From an uncultured Chloroflexia bacterium (GTDB lineage: Bacteria > Chloroflexota > Limnocylindria > Limnocylindrales > CSP1-4): a stretch of DNA of 64,000 bases. The stretch is taken from NCBI GenBank assembly GCA_963763775.1, contig CAVXPZ010000001.1:1152001-1216000 (forward strand), given 5' to 3'. The translations under genes and the position numbers were made by a program. Shown here in pieces: positions 28,928 to 38,477 of this stretch. The notes under the pieces were generated by a model. The model searched no databases and was not told where the DNA came from. It was given only the letters and a program-made list of their open reading frames with translations. Within the stretch, counting starts at the first letter, position 1, and every line of letters begins with the position of its first letter.

Positions 28928-30141
28928 CGACCCGAGACCAGCTGGGCGAACTCGCGTTCCTCCACGAGATCGCCCAGCTCGCGACGCAGGCGCGCGACTG
29001 GGACGAGCTGATGCACGCGATCGTGGACGGCACGACCGCGGCGATGCACGTGGAGGTGTGCTCGTTCTACCTGCCCGACCACGAGCGGACCCGTCTGACC
29101 CTCGCCGCGACCAACGGCCTCGACCGCTCGCAGGTCGGCAAGGTCAGCCTCGCGTGGGGCGAGGGCATCACGGGTCGCGTGGCCGCGACGCGCGAACCCA
29201 TCGCCGTCGCCGACGTGACCGAGGACGGCCGCTTCTCGTGGGTCCGCGGCTTCGATGTCGAGGCGCTCGCGGGGATGCTGTCGGTGCCGCTCGTCTGGCA
29301 TGACGGCGTCGTCGGCGTCCTGAACGTCCAGACCCGCGACATCCACCCGTTCAGTGACGAGGAGGTCGACTTCCTCACGACGATCGCGGCGCTCCTCGCG
29401 GGGATCGTGGAGAAGGGCCGGCTGACGGCCGAGGTCGAGGGCCGGCTCGCGCAGCTCACGGCGCTCGATGCCGCCCGATCCGAGCTCCTGAGTGTCGTGA
29501 CGCACGAGTTGCGCACGCCGCTCTCCGTGGTCCGCGTGTACGTCGACCTGCTCAGCGAGGCAGCCCTGGCCGACGAGGCGTCCCCGATCGCCGGGGAGTG
29601 GAGCACGGCCGCCAACGACCAGCTGTCGCGCCTCGACCGGCTCGTGGATTCGATCCTCGCCTCGGTCCGCGGCGACGGCCTGACCGGACTGTCACGCGCC
29701 CCGTTCGACGCGGTCCAGGCCGTCGACGACGTGGTGGAGACGCTGCGCCTGCTCCTGCGGCCGCACCCGATCCGCTGGGAGCGCCCGCACGGCCCGATGA
29801 CCGCGATCGGCGACGAGACACGCTTCCGTCAAGTGCTCGAGCAACTCCTCGAGAACGAGTCGAAGTACGCGCCGACCGACGAAGGGGTGAGCATCGGCAT
29901 CTGGCGGGTGGAAGGCGAGATCCAGGTCTACGTGACCGACGACGGGCCGGGCGTCCCCATCGAGGACTGGGAGAGCGTCTTCGAGCCATTCGTGCGGGTC
30001 GAGGGACGCGGTCGGTCGCGCGGGTCGGGGATCGGCCTGTTCGCGGCCCGTCGGTTGATGACGGCCATGGGCGGCCGGATCTTCATCGAGCCGAACGGCT
30101 TCGCCAGCAGCCGCTTCGTGGTGGCGCTGCCGGCCGGCTGA
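28924..30141 (+). CDS. Cytoplasmic GAF-domain sensor histidine kinase (orphan)
   Basis: GAF EVCSFYL...LAATNGL...GEGITGRVA; H-box THELRTPL; LLENESKY; DDGPG; FEPF; GSGIGL. Confidence 0.92.
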   Translation: MTTRDQLGELAFLHEIAQLATQARDWDELMHAIVDGTTAAMHVEVCSFYLPDHERTRLTLAATNGLDRSQVGKVSLAWGEGITGRVAATREPIAVADVTEDGRFSWVRGFDVEALAGMLSVPLVWHDGVVGVLNVQTRDIHPFSDEEVDFLTTIAALLAGIVEKGRLTAEVEGRLAQLTALDAARSELLSVVTHELRTPLSVVRVYVDLLSEAALADEASPIAGEWSTAANDQLSRLDRLVDSILASVRGDGLTGLSRAPFDAVQAVDDVVETLRLLLRPHPIRWERPHGPMTAIGDETRFRQVLEQLLENESKYAPTDEGVSIGIWRVEGEIQVYVTDDGPGVPIEDWESVFEPFVRVEGRGRSRGSGIGLFAARRLMTAMGGRIFIEPNGFASSRFVVALPAG

Positions 30142-30186
30142 CCGAGGTTCGTGGCGGCGGGCGGGCGCCGGGCTCGCCCATCCGGA

Positions 30187-30308
30187 GGCAACCGTCAGTA
30201 CCGCTTCCGGCACAGCCGAGCGTGATCCGTGGTGCATTTCGACAGGTTCGTGTCGATCCGTCGCGGGTCCACGAGGGGTTCGTCGCAGATCGGGTACTGA
30301 CGGTTGCC
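30187..30308. repeat. 122-bp element with perfect 16-bp terminal inverted repeats (REPIN/MITE-like)
   Basis: GGCAACCGTCAGTACC (30187-30202) and GGTACTGACGGTTGCC (30293-30308). Confidence 0.75.
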
Positions 30309-30334
30309 AGGCAGGCGGGGCGACGGGGCGGCGC

Positions 30335-30378
30335 TTGACACGGCCCATCCTGACGCGTATATATCGCACGACGATATA
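30335..30378 (+). promoter_or_regulatory. Sigma70-type promoter with PadR-like operator
   Basis: TTGACA-17-TATATA; inverted repeat TATATCG-N5-CGATATA at 30360-30378. Confidence 0.7.
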
Positions 30379-30401
30379 CCGTGATGCGATGGAGGCGAGC
30401 G

Positions 30402-31016
30402 ATGACCGGTCGGGGCGTCACCTGGGTCGCGGCCACCACGATCGGGCTGATCGTCGCTGGCTTCGTCTTCCATTTCCCGGGCAGCTTCGGCGGCCTGGAC
30501 GACTGGGACCTGGTGGCGGTCATCTTCGGCGGCCTCATCGGGTTCGTCTCCGGGGCCGTCGTCGGTCTGGTCCAGTGGGGATCGCTCCTGCTCTCCCGCC
30601 GCTCCGGCCTCCGGCTCCTCCTGTGGATGGGCCTCGGGATCGGGATCACCCATGCGCTCCACGACGGAGCCCCGAACGCCTTCGGTCTCGTCGCCACCGT
30701 GTCCCTAAGCGGCCTGGCGATGGCCGCCGCCTACGCCTGGTCGTTCGGGGAACGGCGACCGACCCCGATCCTCGTGATCGGGGCGGCGTGGGCGGTGGCG
30801 CTCCTGGCCGCTGGCGGCGTCTCGCGATGGCTCGGCCTGCCCTGGGAGGAGACGCCGGTCGGGTGGTCGACGCACCACGCCATCGAGGGCATCGTCGTCG
30901 GGATCGTCTGGGGCGTGGCGACGGCCGTGGTCGGGGTGCCCGAGCGGCTCCGCCGGACCGTCGACGCGGATCCGGTCGCGGCGCTCGATCCCACATCGAT
31001 CGCGTCCCAGCCATGA
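30402..31016 (+). CDS. Hypothetical integral membrane protein
   Basis: About 6 hydrophobic segments; GGAGG RBS; G..GG..G...G..QW motif. Confidence 0.75.
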   Translation: MTGRGVTWVAATTIGLIVAGFVFHFPGSFGGLDDWDLVAVIFGGLIGFVSGAVVGLVQWGSLLLSRRSGLRLLLWMGLGIGITHALHDGAPNAFGLVATVSLSGLAMAAAYAWSFGERRPTPILVIGAAWAVALLAAGGVSRWLGLPWEETPVGWSTHHAIEGIVVGIVWGVATAVVGVPERLRRTVDADPVAALDPTSIASQP

Positions 31017-31870
31017 CGACCGCAGCTGTCTCCGCCCCGGCCATCCCCGAGCTGGCGGACGGCGCCACCGGCGACACCGCCACCGCCGACTGGCCGGCTG
31101 GGACGATCCTGCGCGACATCAGCCGCGGTGGCCTGACCGGCGCGATCGTCGGGCTCGTGGCGATGGGTATCGGCTCCCGCCTCGTCATGCGACTCGCGGC
31201 GCTGCTCGTGCCGGAGGCGACGGGCGCCACCACCGAGAACGGCAACCGCATCGGCACGATCACGGCGGACGGGTCGCTGTTCCTGGTCGTCGGCGGGATC
31301 CTGGTCGGCCTTCTGGCCGGGACCGTCTGGGTGGCGATCTCGCCGTGGATCCCCGGTCGTGGCATGCGGCGGGCGCTCGTCACCGCGCCGATCGCCGTCG
31401 CGCTCGGGGCCGCCGGTCTCGTCGACGGGAGCAACCCGGACTTCTTCGTCCTTCGCCACGATCCTCGCGTGGTGTGGACGCTGATCGGGCTCGTCGCGCT
31501 CATCGGGTTCCTGTTCGCGGTCGTCGACGACTGGCTCGACCGCCACCTGCCGCAGGCTCGCCGAGGACGGCGGCCGATCGGGCTGGCCACGCCCATCTAC
31601 ATCCTGCTCACCGTGATCGGGTGTGCGCTCATCGCCCCGATGACCATCCTCGCCTACCTGACGTCGAAAGACGTGCCGACGGTCCTCATCGGGATCGCCT
31701 TGTTCGCTGTCGGCGCGGTCACGATCGTGTCGTGGGGCGACCGGCTCCACGGCAACCCGGTGCCCTCGACCCGCCTCCGGCGCGCGGGCCGACTCACCCT
31801 GCTCGTCGCGGTCACGATCGGGTTGGCCACGATCATCCCCGAGGTCGCGGGAGCGCTCGGCCTCGGCTGA
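31013..31870 (+). CDS. Hypothetical integral membrane protein
   Basis: About 7 TM segments; GIGSRLVMRLAA...TENGNRIGTIT; ATGA-coupled. Confidence 0.78.
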   Translation: MTTAAVSAPAIPELADGATGDTATADWPAGTILRDISRGGLTGAIVGLVAMGIGSRLVMRLAALLVPEATGATTENGNRIGTITADGSLFLVVGGILVGLLAGTVWVAISPWIPGRGMRRALVTAPIAVALGAAGLVDGSNPDFFVLRHDPRVVWTLIGLVALIGFLFAVVDDWLDRHLPQARRGRRPIGLATPIYILLTVIGCALIAPMTILAYLTSKDVPTVLIGIALFAVGAVTIVSWGDRLHGNPVPSTRLRRAGRLTLLVAVTIGLATIIPEVAGALGLG

Positions 31871-31896
31871 GCGACCGATCGATGGACGGAAGCGCC

Positions 31897-32457
31897 ATGA
31901 CCGTCGTCGTCCGGAGCTGGAGCGGCCTGGGTCACGCCGGCCGGCTCTTGGTGCTCGTCCTGACCGGCGTCGCCTGGTCGGTGAGCTCGCTCATGCTGGC
32001 GTTGCTCCACCCCGACTACTGGGACCCGATCACGACGACGGACTTCGCCGCGGTCTATGCCTACACCGCCGCCTGGCTGCTGACGGCGGTGTCGCTCCTG
32101 ATCCTTCGCGAGGTCGGCCCGCCCGACCGTCTCCTCTTGAGGACGATCCTCGTCGTCGCGGCCGGGTGCGCCACGGCCGGCATCGCGAACGCGCTCGAGG
32201 ATGGCCTCGGGATACGGGACCTGGGCACCCTCTATGTGCTGGGGGCCATCGTCGGCGGCTTCGGACTGCTCTTCGTCGCCGCCATGTTCTGGCCGACCCC
32301 CGCCCGACGCTTGACGTTCGTGCCGGCGATCGGCGCCCTCGCGATGTTCGCCGTCACGACCGGCGGCGGCGTGCTGGCACTCGCGGCATGGGGCGGGTTC
32401 GCCGTGGTCGTCGTCCGCGAGCGCGTCCGGTCGGCGACGACGTCGGCCGCAGCCTGA
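31897..32457 (+). CDS. Hypothetical integral membrane protein
   Basis: About 5-6 TM segments; same strand as the preceding two genes. Confidence 0.65.
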   Translation: MTVVVRSWSGLGHAGRLLVLVLTGVAWSVSSLMLALLHPDYWDPITTTDFAAVYAYTAAWLLTAVSLLILREVGPPDRLLLRTILVVAAGCATAGIANALEDGLGIRDLGTLYVLGAIVGGFGLLFVAAMFWPTPARRLTFVPAIGALAMFAVTTGGGVLALAAWGGFAVVVVRERVRSATTSAAA

Positions 32458-32494
32458 GAGCCGGCGCCGGCACTCCGGCCCGGCCGACGCGGCC

Positions 32495-33604
32495 TCACCC
32501 GGCGGTGACGACCCGCGACGTCTCGGCTCGGAGGTGCGCGTAGCCGGGCTTCACGACCTCGTTGATGATGCGCAGCCGCTCGTCGAACGGGGCGAACGCG
32601 CTCTTCATCGCGTTGATCGTCAGCCACTCCATCTCGCCGAGGCCGATGCCGAACGCCTCGTCCAGCGCCGCGAACTCGCTCGAGAGCGACACGCCGCTCA
32701 TCAGCCGGTTGTCGGTGTTGACCGTGACGCGGTAGCGCAGGCGACGGAGCAGGTCGATGGGGTGCTCGCCGATCGACGCGGCCGCCCCGGTGTGGACATT
32801 GGACGTAGGGCACATCTCGAGCGGCACGCGACGGTCGCGGACGAACGCCGCCAGCCGACCCAGCGCCACCGTGCCGTCGGCGTGGACCGTGATGTCGTCC
32901 ACGATCCGCACGCCATGGCCGAGCCGCTCCGCCCCGCAGAACTGGAGCGCCTCCCAGATCGACGGCAGCCCGAACGACTCGCCGGCATGGATCGTGATGT
33001 GGAAGTTCTCGCGGCGGACGAGGTCGAACGCGTCAAGGTGCCGCGTCGGCCGGTAGCCGGCCTCCGGCCCGGCGATGTCGAAGCCGACCACGCCGGCGTC
33101 GCGCCAGCGCACGGCGCACTCCGCGACCTCCACGGAGCGCGCGGCCTGGCGCATCGCCGTCACGAGCGAGCGCATGACGATCGGATGGCCGGCCTCGGCG
33201 GCGCGCGCCTCGCCGAGCCGGTAGCCGGTGAGGATCGCGTCCTGGACCTCGTCGATCGTCAGGCCGCGTGCCGTGCACAGCTCGGGCGCCATGCGGACCT
33301 CGGCGTAGACGACGCCGTCGGCCGCGAGGTCCTCCGCGCACTCGGCCGCGACCCGGATGATCGCGTCGCGCTCCTGCATGACGCCGAACGTGTGCTCGAA
33401 CGTGTCGAGGTAGAGCTCGAGCGACTTCTGGTCGGCGCCGCGCCGGAACCACGTCGTCAGGTCGTCGACGTCGGTCGTCGGCAGACCGGTGTAGCCGTAC
33501 TCGGCCGCCAGGTCGATGATCGTGGCCGGCCGCAGCCCGCCATCGAGATGGTCGTGGAGCATCGCCTTGGGGGCGCGGACGAAGACCTCGGGACTCGTCA
33601 TCAT
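32495..33604 (-). CDS. add: Adenosine deaminase
   Basis: [40 protein letters not shown]. Confidence 0.95.
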   Translation of the reverse strand: MMTSPEVFVRAPKAMLHDHLDGGLRPATIIDLAAEYGYTGLPTTDVDDLTTWFRRGADQKSLELYLDTFEHTFGVMQERDAIIRVAAECAEDLAADGVVYAEVRMAPELCTARGLTIDEVQDAILTGYRLGEARAAEAGHPIVMRSLVTAMRQAARSVEVAECAVRWRDAGVVGFDIAGPEAGYRPTRHLDAFDLVRRENFHITIHAGESFGLPSIWEALQFCGAERLGHGVRIVDDITVHADGTVALGRLAAFVRDRRVPLEMCPTSNVHTGAAASIGEHPIDLLRRLRYRVTVNTDNRLMSGVSLSSEFAALDEAFGIGLGEMEWLTINAMKSAFAPFDERLRIINEVVKPGYAHLRAETSRVVTAG

Positions 33605-33624
33605 CGACGATGGTAGCGAACCGG

Positions 33625-34852
33625 TCAGGCCGACACGACCCACAACTCGACGGGTTCCGTGATCCCGTGGAGCTCGACCGGGCCGATCGACCGGGCCGGG
33701 GCGGCGTCATCGGGGAGCAGCGCCCGCACGCCGTCCTCGATGAGCAGCTGGCCGGCAGTCGCGTGGGTCGCGATCCGCGAGGCGAGGATCACCGTCCGGC
33801 CGAAGATGTCGCCGTCCCGGGTCACGACGCGGCCCGCCGCCACGCCCGCGTGGGCCGGCGGCAAGCCCCGAGGCCGCGATCTCGCGCATCAGGTCCGTGA
33901 CGGCGCGGACGGCCGTCGTCGGGTCGTCGAAGCGGAGCAGCACGCCGTCGCCCAGGAGCTTCATCACACGTCCGCCGAAGGCCTGCACGCACGCGTCCGC
34001 GAGCGCGGCGAGCCGGGCGGCCGTCAGGGCCGAGGCCTCGTCGCCGAGCTGCTCCGTCAGCGTCGTGTAGCCGGTCAGGTCGACGAAGGCCACCGCGATG
34101 GGGATCTCCGGGCGTTCCGGGAGCCGACCCGATCGGATCAGCCCGCCCTCGAACGCCCCGATGATCCGGTCGTTGAGCGCCTGCTCGAAGTGGCGTTCCT
34201 GGAGCCACGCGAGGAGCTCGCGGATGAGCGCGGCACCGCCGATCGCCGGGTTCTCGGCCGGGTCCGCCGCGTCCGCGAGGTCGCGATGGCTCGGCGCGCC
34301 CTGGGTGGAGAGTTCGGGTCGGGCGGCCTCATCCCAGGCGTCGAGCCAGGTCTCGATGATGCGTCGGCTCGACTCGCCGCTGAACCGCGCCACGCGCCGG
34401 TCGGCGTCGCCCTCGGGATCGACCGAGCCCCAGACCCGAAGGTAGCGCGTGACGATCGACGCCTCGTCGGCGCGCATCGGCCGGTCCGGCTCCGGCTCCG
34501 ACAGCCCGAAGGCCGCGTAGATCGACGGCAGGCGGTCGCCGGCCTCGCCCAGCTGACCCTGAAGGTCCCGATACGTCGGGGCGTCGCGCGGCGACGGCGT
34601 CGAGAACATCCGGGCGACAGATCCCAGCCCCGCGCCGAGGTTGTCGACGAGCCAGGCCACGTCCGCTTCGCCGATCCCGGCACCCTGCAGGCCGCGGACC
34701 GTGGCTAGCACGGCCCCGTCCCGCGCGTCGAACCGGCCGTCCGCGAGCGGCCGCAACTGGCCGAGCTCGACGAGGCGATCGACGAGGTCCGCCGGGACAT
34801 CGGCCTCGGCGGCGAGCTCGGCGCGCGTGAGCGCCCGGATCTCCTCGGTCAC
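33625..34852 (-). CDS. Class III adenylate/guanylate cyclase with HTH-like N-terminus (frameshift ~33862)
   Basis: [12 protein letters not shown]; [11 protein letters not shown]; KLLGDGV; [15 protein letters not shown]; GTG start overlaps the argH stop. Confidence 0.85.
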
Positions 34853-36285
34853 GAGTTCGTGGTGGCGGCCTCGGCGTCGAGGCGGGCGCGGGCCGCGGCG
34901 AGCGCAGCGGCGACGCGTCCGGGCGCCGTGCCGCCGATGACGTCGCACGCGGCCAGCGCACCGTCGATGGCGGCCGCGGCCCGCAGGTCCTCGCCGATCC
35001 CCGGTGTCGCGGCGAGCGCGGCCGCGTCCGGGTCGCCGCTCGCAGCCAGCGCCGCGGCGATCGTCGCGTCGTCGAGCGCATCGAGCTCGAGGCCGGCGGT
35101 CTCGGCCGCGGCCACCAGCGAGCCCACGACGTGGTGGGCGGCACGGAACGGGATGCCGCGACGGACCAGCGTGTCCGCGACCGCGGTGGCGGTCGTGTAG
35201 CCCTCGGCGGCGGCCGCGCGCATCCGCGCCGCGTCCACGGTCAGCGTGTCGAGCATGCCCGCGAGGATCCCGAGCGAGGCCCCGTAGACCGCGACCGCGT
35301 CGAACAGCGGCGCCTTGTCCTCCTGGAGGTCACGCTGGTAGGCGAGCGGCAGGCCCTTGAGCATGGCCAGCGTGCCCGTCAGCGCCCCGATGACGCGGGC
35401 GGCGCGGCCGCGGACCAGCTCCGCGGGATCCGGGTTCTTCTTGTTCGGCATGATCGAGCTGCCCGTCGAGAACGCGTCCGAGGCGCGAACGAACCCGAAC
35501 CGCGGGTTCGACCACCACACGAGCTCCTCCGCGAGCCGGCTCAGATGGACCATCCCGAGGGCCGTGGCCGCGAGGACTTCGACGACGAAGTCGCGGTCGC
35601 TGACCGCGTCGAGCGAGTTCGCTGTGACCCCGTCGAAGCCGAGGTCGCGGGCCGTGGCCTCGCGGTCAAGCGGATAGCCCGCGCCCGCGAGGGCGCCCGA
35701 GCCGAGCGGGCTCACGTTCACGCGGCGGCGCGCATCGGCGAGCCGAGCGCGGTCGCGCTCGGCCATCTCGACGTACGCCAGCAGGTGATGCGCGAACAGG
35801 ACGGGCTGCGCCGGCTGGATGTGGGTCGTGCCCGGGAGCACGGCCGTGCCCTCCCGTTCGGCGAGGCCGACGAGGGCGAGCTCGAACGCGACGAGGGCCG
35901 CATCGAGGTCGTCGATCGCCCGCCGCGTCCAGAGGCGCAGGTCCGTCGCGACCTGGTCGTTACGCGAGCGGCCGGTGTGCAACCGTCCGGCGACCGGCCC
36001 GATGCGCTCCGCCAGCGCCGACTCGAGGTTGAGGTGGACGTCCTCGAGCGACGGGTCCCACGTGAACCGGCCGGCGGCGACGTCCTCGGCCAGCCCGGTC
36101 AGGCCGGCGATCAGCTCCTGGGCCTGATCTGCGGTGACCAGCCCGGCACGCTCCAGGCCGCGGACGTGCGCGATCGAGCCGGCGAGGTCGTCGGCGGCGA
36201 GCTCGCGGTCGATGTCGATCGAGTTCGTGAACGCCTCGACCCGCGCGTCGTTCGCCTCGCTGAACCGCCCGCCCCAGAGCCGCAT
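34849..36285 (-). CDS. argH: Argininosuccinate lyase
   Basis: LWGGRF, LHTGRSRNDQ, PLGSGALAG, STGSSIMPNKKNPD. Confidence 0.97.
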   Translation of the reverse strand: MRLWGGRFSEANDARVEAFTNSIDIDRELAADDLAGSIAHVRGLERAGLVTADQAQELIAGLTGLAEDVAAGRFTWDPSLEDVHLNLESALAERIGPVAGRLHTGRSRNDQVATDLRLWTRRAIDDLDAALVAFELALVGLAEREGTAVLPGTTHIQPAQPVLFAHHLLAYVEMAERDRARLADARRRVNVSPLGSGALAGAGYPLDREATARDLGFDGVTANSLDAVSDRDFVVEVLAATALGMVHLSRLAEELVWWSNPRFGFVRASDAFSTGSSIMPNKKNPDPAELVRGRAARVIGALTGTLAMLKGLPLAYQRDLQEDKAPLFDAVAVYGASLGILAGMLDTLTVDAARMRAAAAEGYTTATAVADTLVRRGIPFRAAHHVVGSLVAAAETAGLELDALDDATIAAALAASGDPDAAALAATPGIGEDLRAAAAIDGALAACDVIGGTAPGRVAAALAAARARLDAEAATTNS

Positions 36286-36357
36286 CGTGCCTCCTGTCCG
36301 TGTCGGGCCATGCTACGGGATGCATCGAGGCGAGCGGGCGCCTCGCCCGGGGACCGG

Positions 36358-37458
36358 CTAGGAGCCCACGACCGGCGCCGGGGCGGCGCGACTCGGTGCG
36401 GCCACGGCACGCAGGCGTTCGGCGGCGTCCTCGGCCGTGAGGTCGCGCTGGGTCTCGGCAAGGAGCTCGTACCCGACCATGAACTTGCGGACGTTCGCGC
36501 GGAGGAGCGGCGGGTAGAAGTGGCCGTGCACCTGCCACCCGGTGGCCGGCGTCGCCGGATCGGTCGCGCCCCCGCCGAGGAACGGCGCCTGGTGCCAGCC
36601 CATCGAGTACGGGAACGGACGGCGGAAGACACCGTCGTACCGACCGAGCAGGTCCACGAGCACGCTCGCCAGACCCGCCCGGGCCGACGCGTCGAGCTCG
36701 GGCAGCCGCGCCGCCGGTCGACGCGGGATGAGCAGGGTCTCGAACGGCCATGCCGCCCAGAACGGCACGACCACGAGCCACTCGTCGTTCTCGACCACGA
36801 CGCGCGGGCCGCCGGATTCCTGGTCGACGTAGTCGAGGAGGAGCCGGTGACCGGTGGAGGCCGCATACGCCGCCTGGCTCGCGGACTCGCGGACGGCTTC
36901 GACCGGCAAGGCCGTCCCGGCCCAGATCTGCCCGTGTGGATGCGGGTTCGACGCACCCATCGCCGCGCCGCGGTTCTCGAAGACCTGGACCCAGCTGAAC
37001 GCCGACCCGAGCTCGCTCGTCTGCTCTGCCCAGACATCGATGACCCGCCCGATCGCCTCCGGCGTCATCGCCCCGAGGGTCAGGTCGTGCCGCGGGGAGA
37101 AGCAGACGACCCGGCAGACACCACGTTCGCCTTCGGCACGGAGGAGGCCGTGCTCCACGGTCGCCACGGACGTGTCCGCCCGAAGCGCCGCGAAGTCGTT
37201 GTCGAAGACGAACGTGGTGTCGTACTCCGGGTTCCGGTTCCCGTTCGCTCGAACGTTCCCCGGGCAGAGGTAGCAATCGGCGACATACGTCGGCCGCTCG
37301 TGCGCGACCTCCGGCTCTTCGGCGCCCAGCCAGGGACGCAGGGTGCGGCCGGCGGACACGAGCACCCACTCATCGATGAGCGGGTTGTACCGGCGGTGCG
37401 GGTCCCGGGCCAGCTCGGACGGAAGGACGCCGTCGGTCGAGGAACGGTCAGCTGGCAT
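36358..37458 (-). CDS. galT: Galactose-1-phosphate uridylyltransferase
   Basis: HRRYNPL, CYLCPGN, FENRG, SNPHPHGQ, RKFMVGYE. Confidence 0.97.
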   Translation of the reverse strand: MPADRSSTDGVLPSELARDPHRRYNPLIDEWVLVSAGRTLRPWLGAEEPEVAHERPTYVADCYLCPGNVRANGNRNPEYDTTFVFDNDFAALRADTSVATVEHGLLRAEGERGVCRVVCFSPRHDLTLGAMTPEAIGRVIDVWAEQTSELGSAFSWVQVFENRGAAMGASNPHPHGQIWAGTALPVEAVRESASQAAYAASTGHRLLLDYVDQESGGPRVVVENDEWLVVVPFWAAWPFETLLIPRRPAARLPELDASARAGLASVLVDLLGRYDGVFRRPFPYSMGWHQAPFLGGGATDPATPATGWQVHGHFYPPLLRANVRKFMVGYELLAETQRDLTAEDAAERLRAVAAPSRAAPAPVVGS

Positions 37459-38254
37459 GGTCGGCCTGGCTCTCCGCGAGGGTCGGCTCGACGACGAGCA
37501 GCTGGTGGACGTGACCCTCGAGGATGTCGCGCACCTCGGGGTCGATCCGCGAATCGGTGATCAGGACATCGGCCTGGTCGAGGCGGGCGATCGAGCTGAT
37601 GCCGATCACGCCCCACTTCGAGTGGTCGGCGACCACGACGAGCCGGCGGCCGGCCTCGATGAGCGCGCGGTCGGTCTCGGCCTCCAGGAGGTTCGGGCAC
37701 GTGAATCCGGTGTGCGGGTCCATGCCGTGGACGCCGACGAAGACCAGGTCCATGTGGACGGTCCGCAGGGCGGCGACCGCGAACGGGCCGACGAGCGCCT
37801 CGGACGGGGTCCGTTCGCCGCCGGTCAGGATGATCGTCTGGTCGCTCCGGCCGACCTGGTGGAGCACGTCGGCGACCCGCGTCGAGTTGGTCACGACCGT
37901 GATGCCGGGGATCTCGGCAAGCCGCTGCGCGAGGGCGTAGGTGGTGGTGCCCGCGGAGACCCCGATGGCCATCCCGGGCTCGACGAGCGAGGCGGCGGCG
38001 TCGGCGATCGCGTCCTTCTCCGACTGGTTCAGGCTGGACTTCGCCGCGAAGGTCGGCTCGAAGAGGGCGTTGCCCTCGAGTGCCGTGGCGCCGCCATGGA
38101 CCTTTTCCAGGAGGCCGCGCTCATCGAGGATCTCGAGGTCGCGCCGGACGGTCATGTCGGACACGCCGAGTTCGCGGACGAGATCGGCGACCTTGACGGC
38201 CCCGTCCTCGCGTACGCGCTCCAGGATCCTCGCCTGCCGCTGGCGGGCCAGCAT
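37448..38254 (-). CDS. DeoR/GlpR-family transcriptional regulator
   Basis: VSDMTVRRDL, KVHGGA, SAGTTT, VVTNS, ADHSK. Confidence 0.93.
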   Translation of the reverse strand: MLARQRQARILERVREDGAVKVADLVRELGVSDMTVRRDLEILDERGLLEKVHGGATALEGNALFEPTFAAKSSLNQSEKDAIADAAASLVEPGMAIGVSAGTTTYALAQRLAEIPGITVVTNSTRVADVLHQVGRSDQTIILTGGERTPSEALVGPFAVAALRTVHMDLVFVGVHGMDPHTGFTCPNLLEAETDRALIEAGRRLVVVADHSKWGVIGISSIARLDQADVLITDSRIDPEVRDILEGHVHQLLVVEPTLAESQADHAS

Positions 38255-38345
38255 CACGCCACTCCCATGGATCCGACGGCGTCCTCCGTCCAACTCGGCA
38301 CGTCGACTCCCTTCCGTTCGGACGCGACAACGATAGCGGTCAGGA

Positions 38346-38456
38346 TGCGACAAAGTCAACGTAATCCGACACGTGTCACCGAAAGGTGTCGAGAAATCTT
38401 GACATCGCAACCCGCCCGGCGTCACAATCCGGGCGAACCTGTTTGATTTTGTCGCA
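38346..38456. promoter_or_regulatory. Divergent promoter region with a pair of putative DeoR-type operator sites
   Basis: TGCGACAAAGTCAA (38346) and the near reverse complement TTGATTTTGTCGCA (ending 38456); TTGACA at 38399 and CACAAT at 38423. Confidence 0.5.
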
Positions 38457-38477
38457 GGTCGGGTAGGAGGAGTTGCC

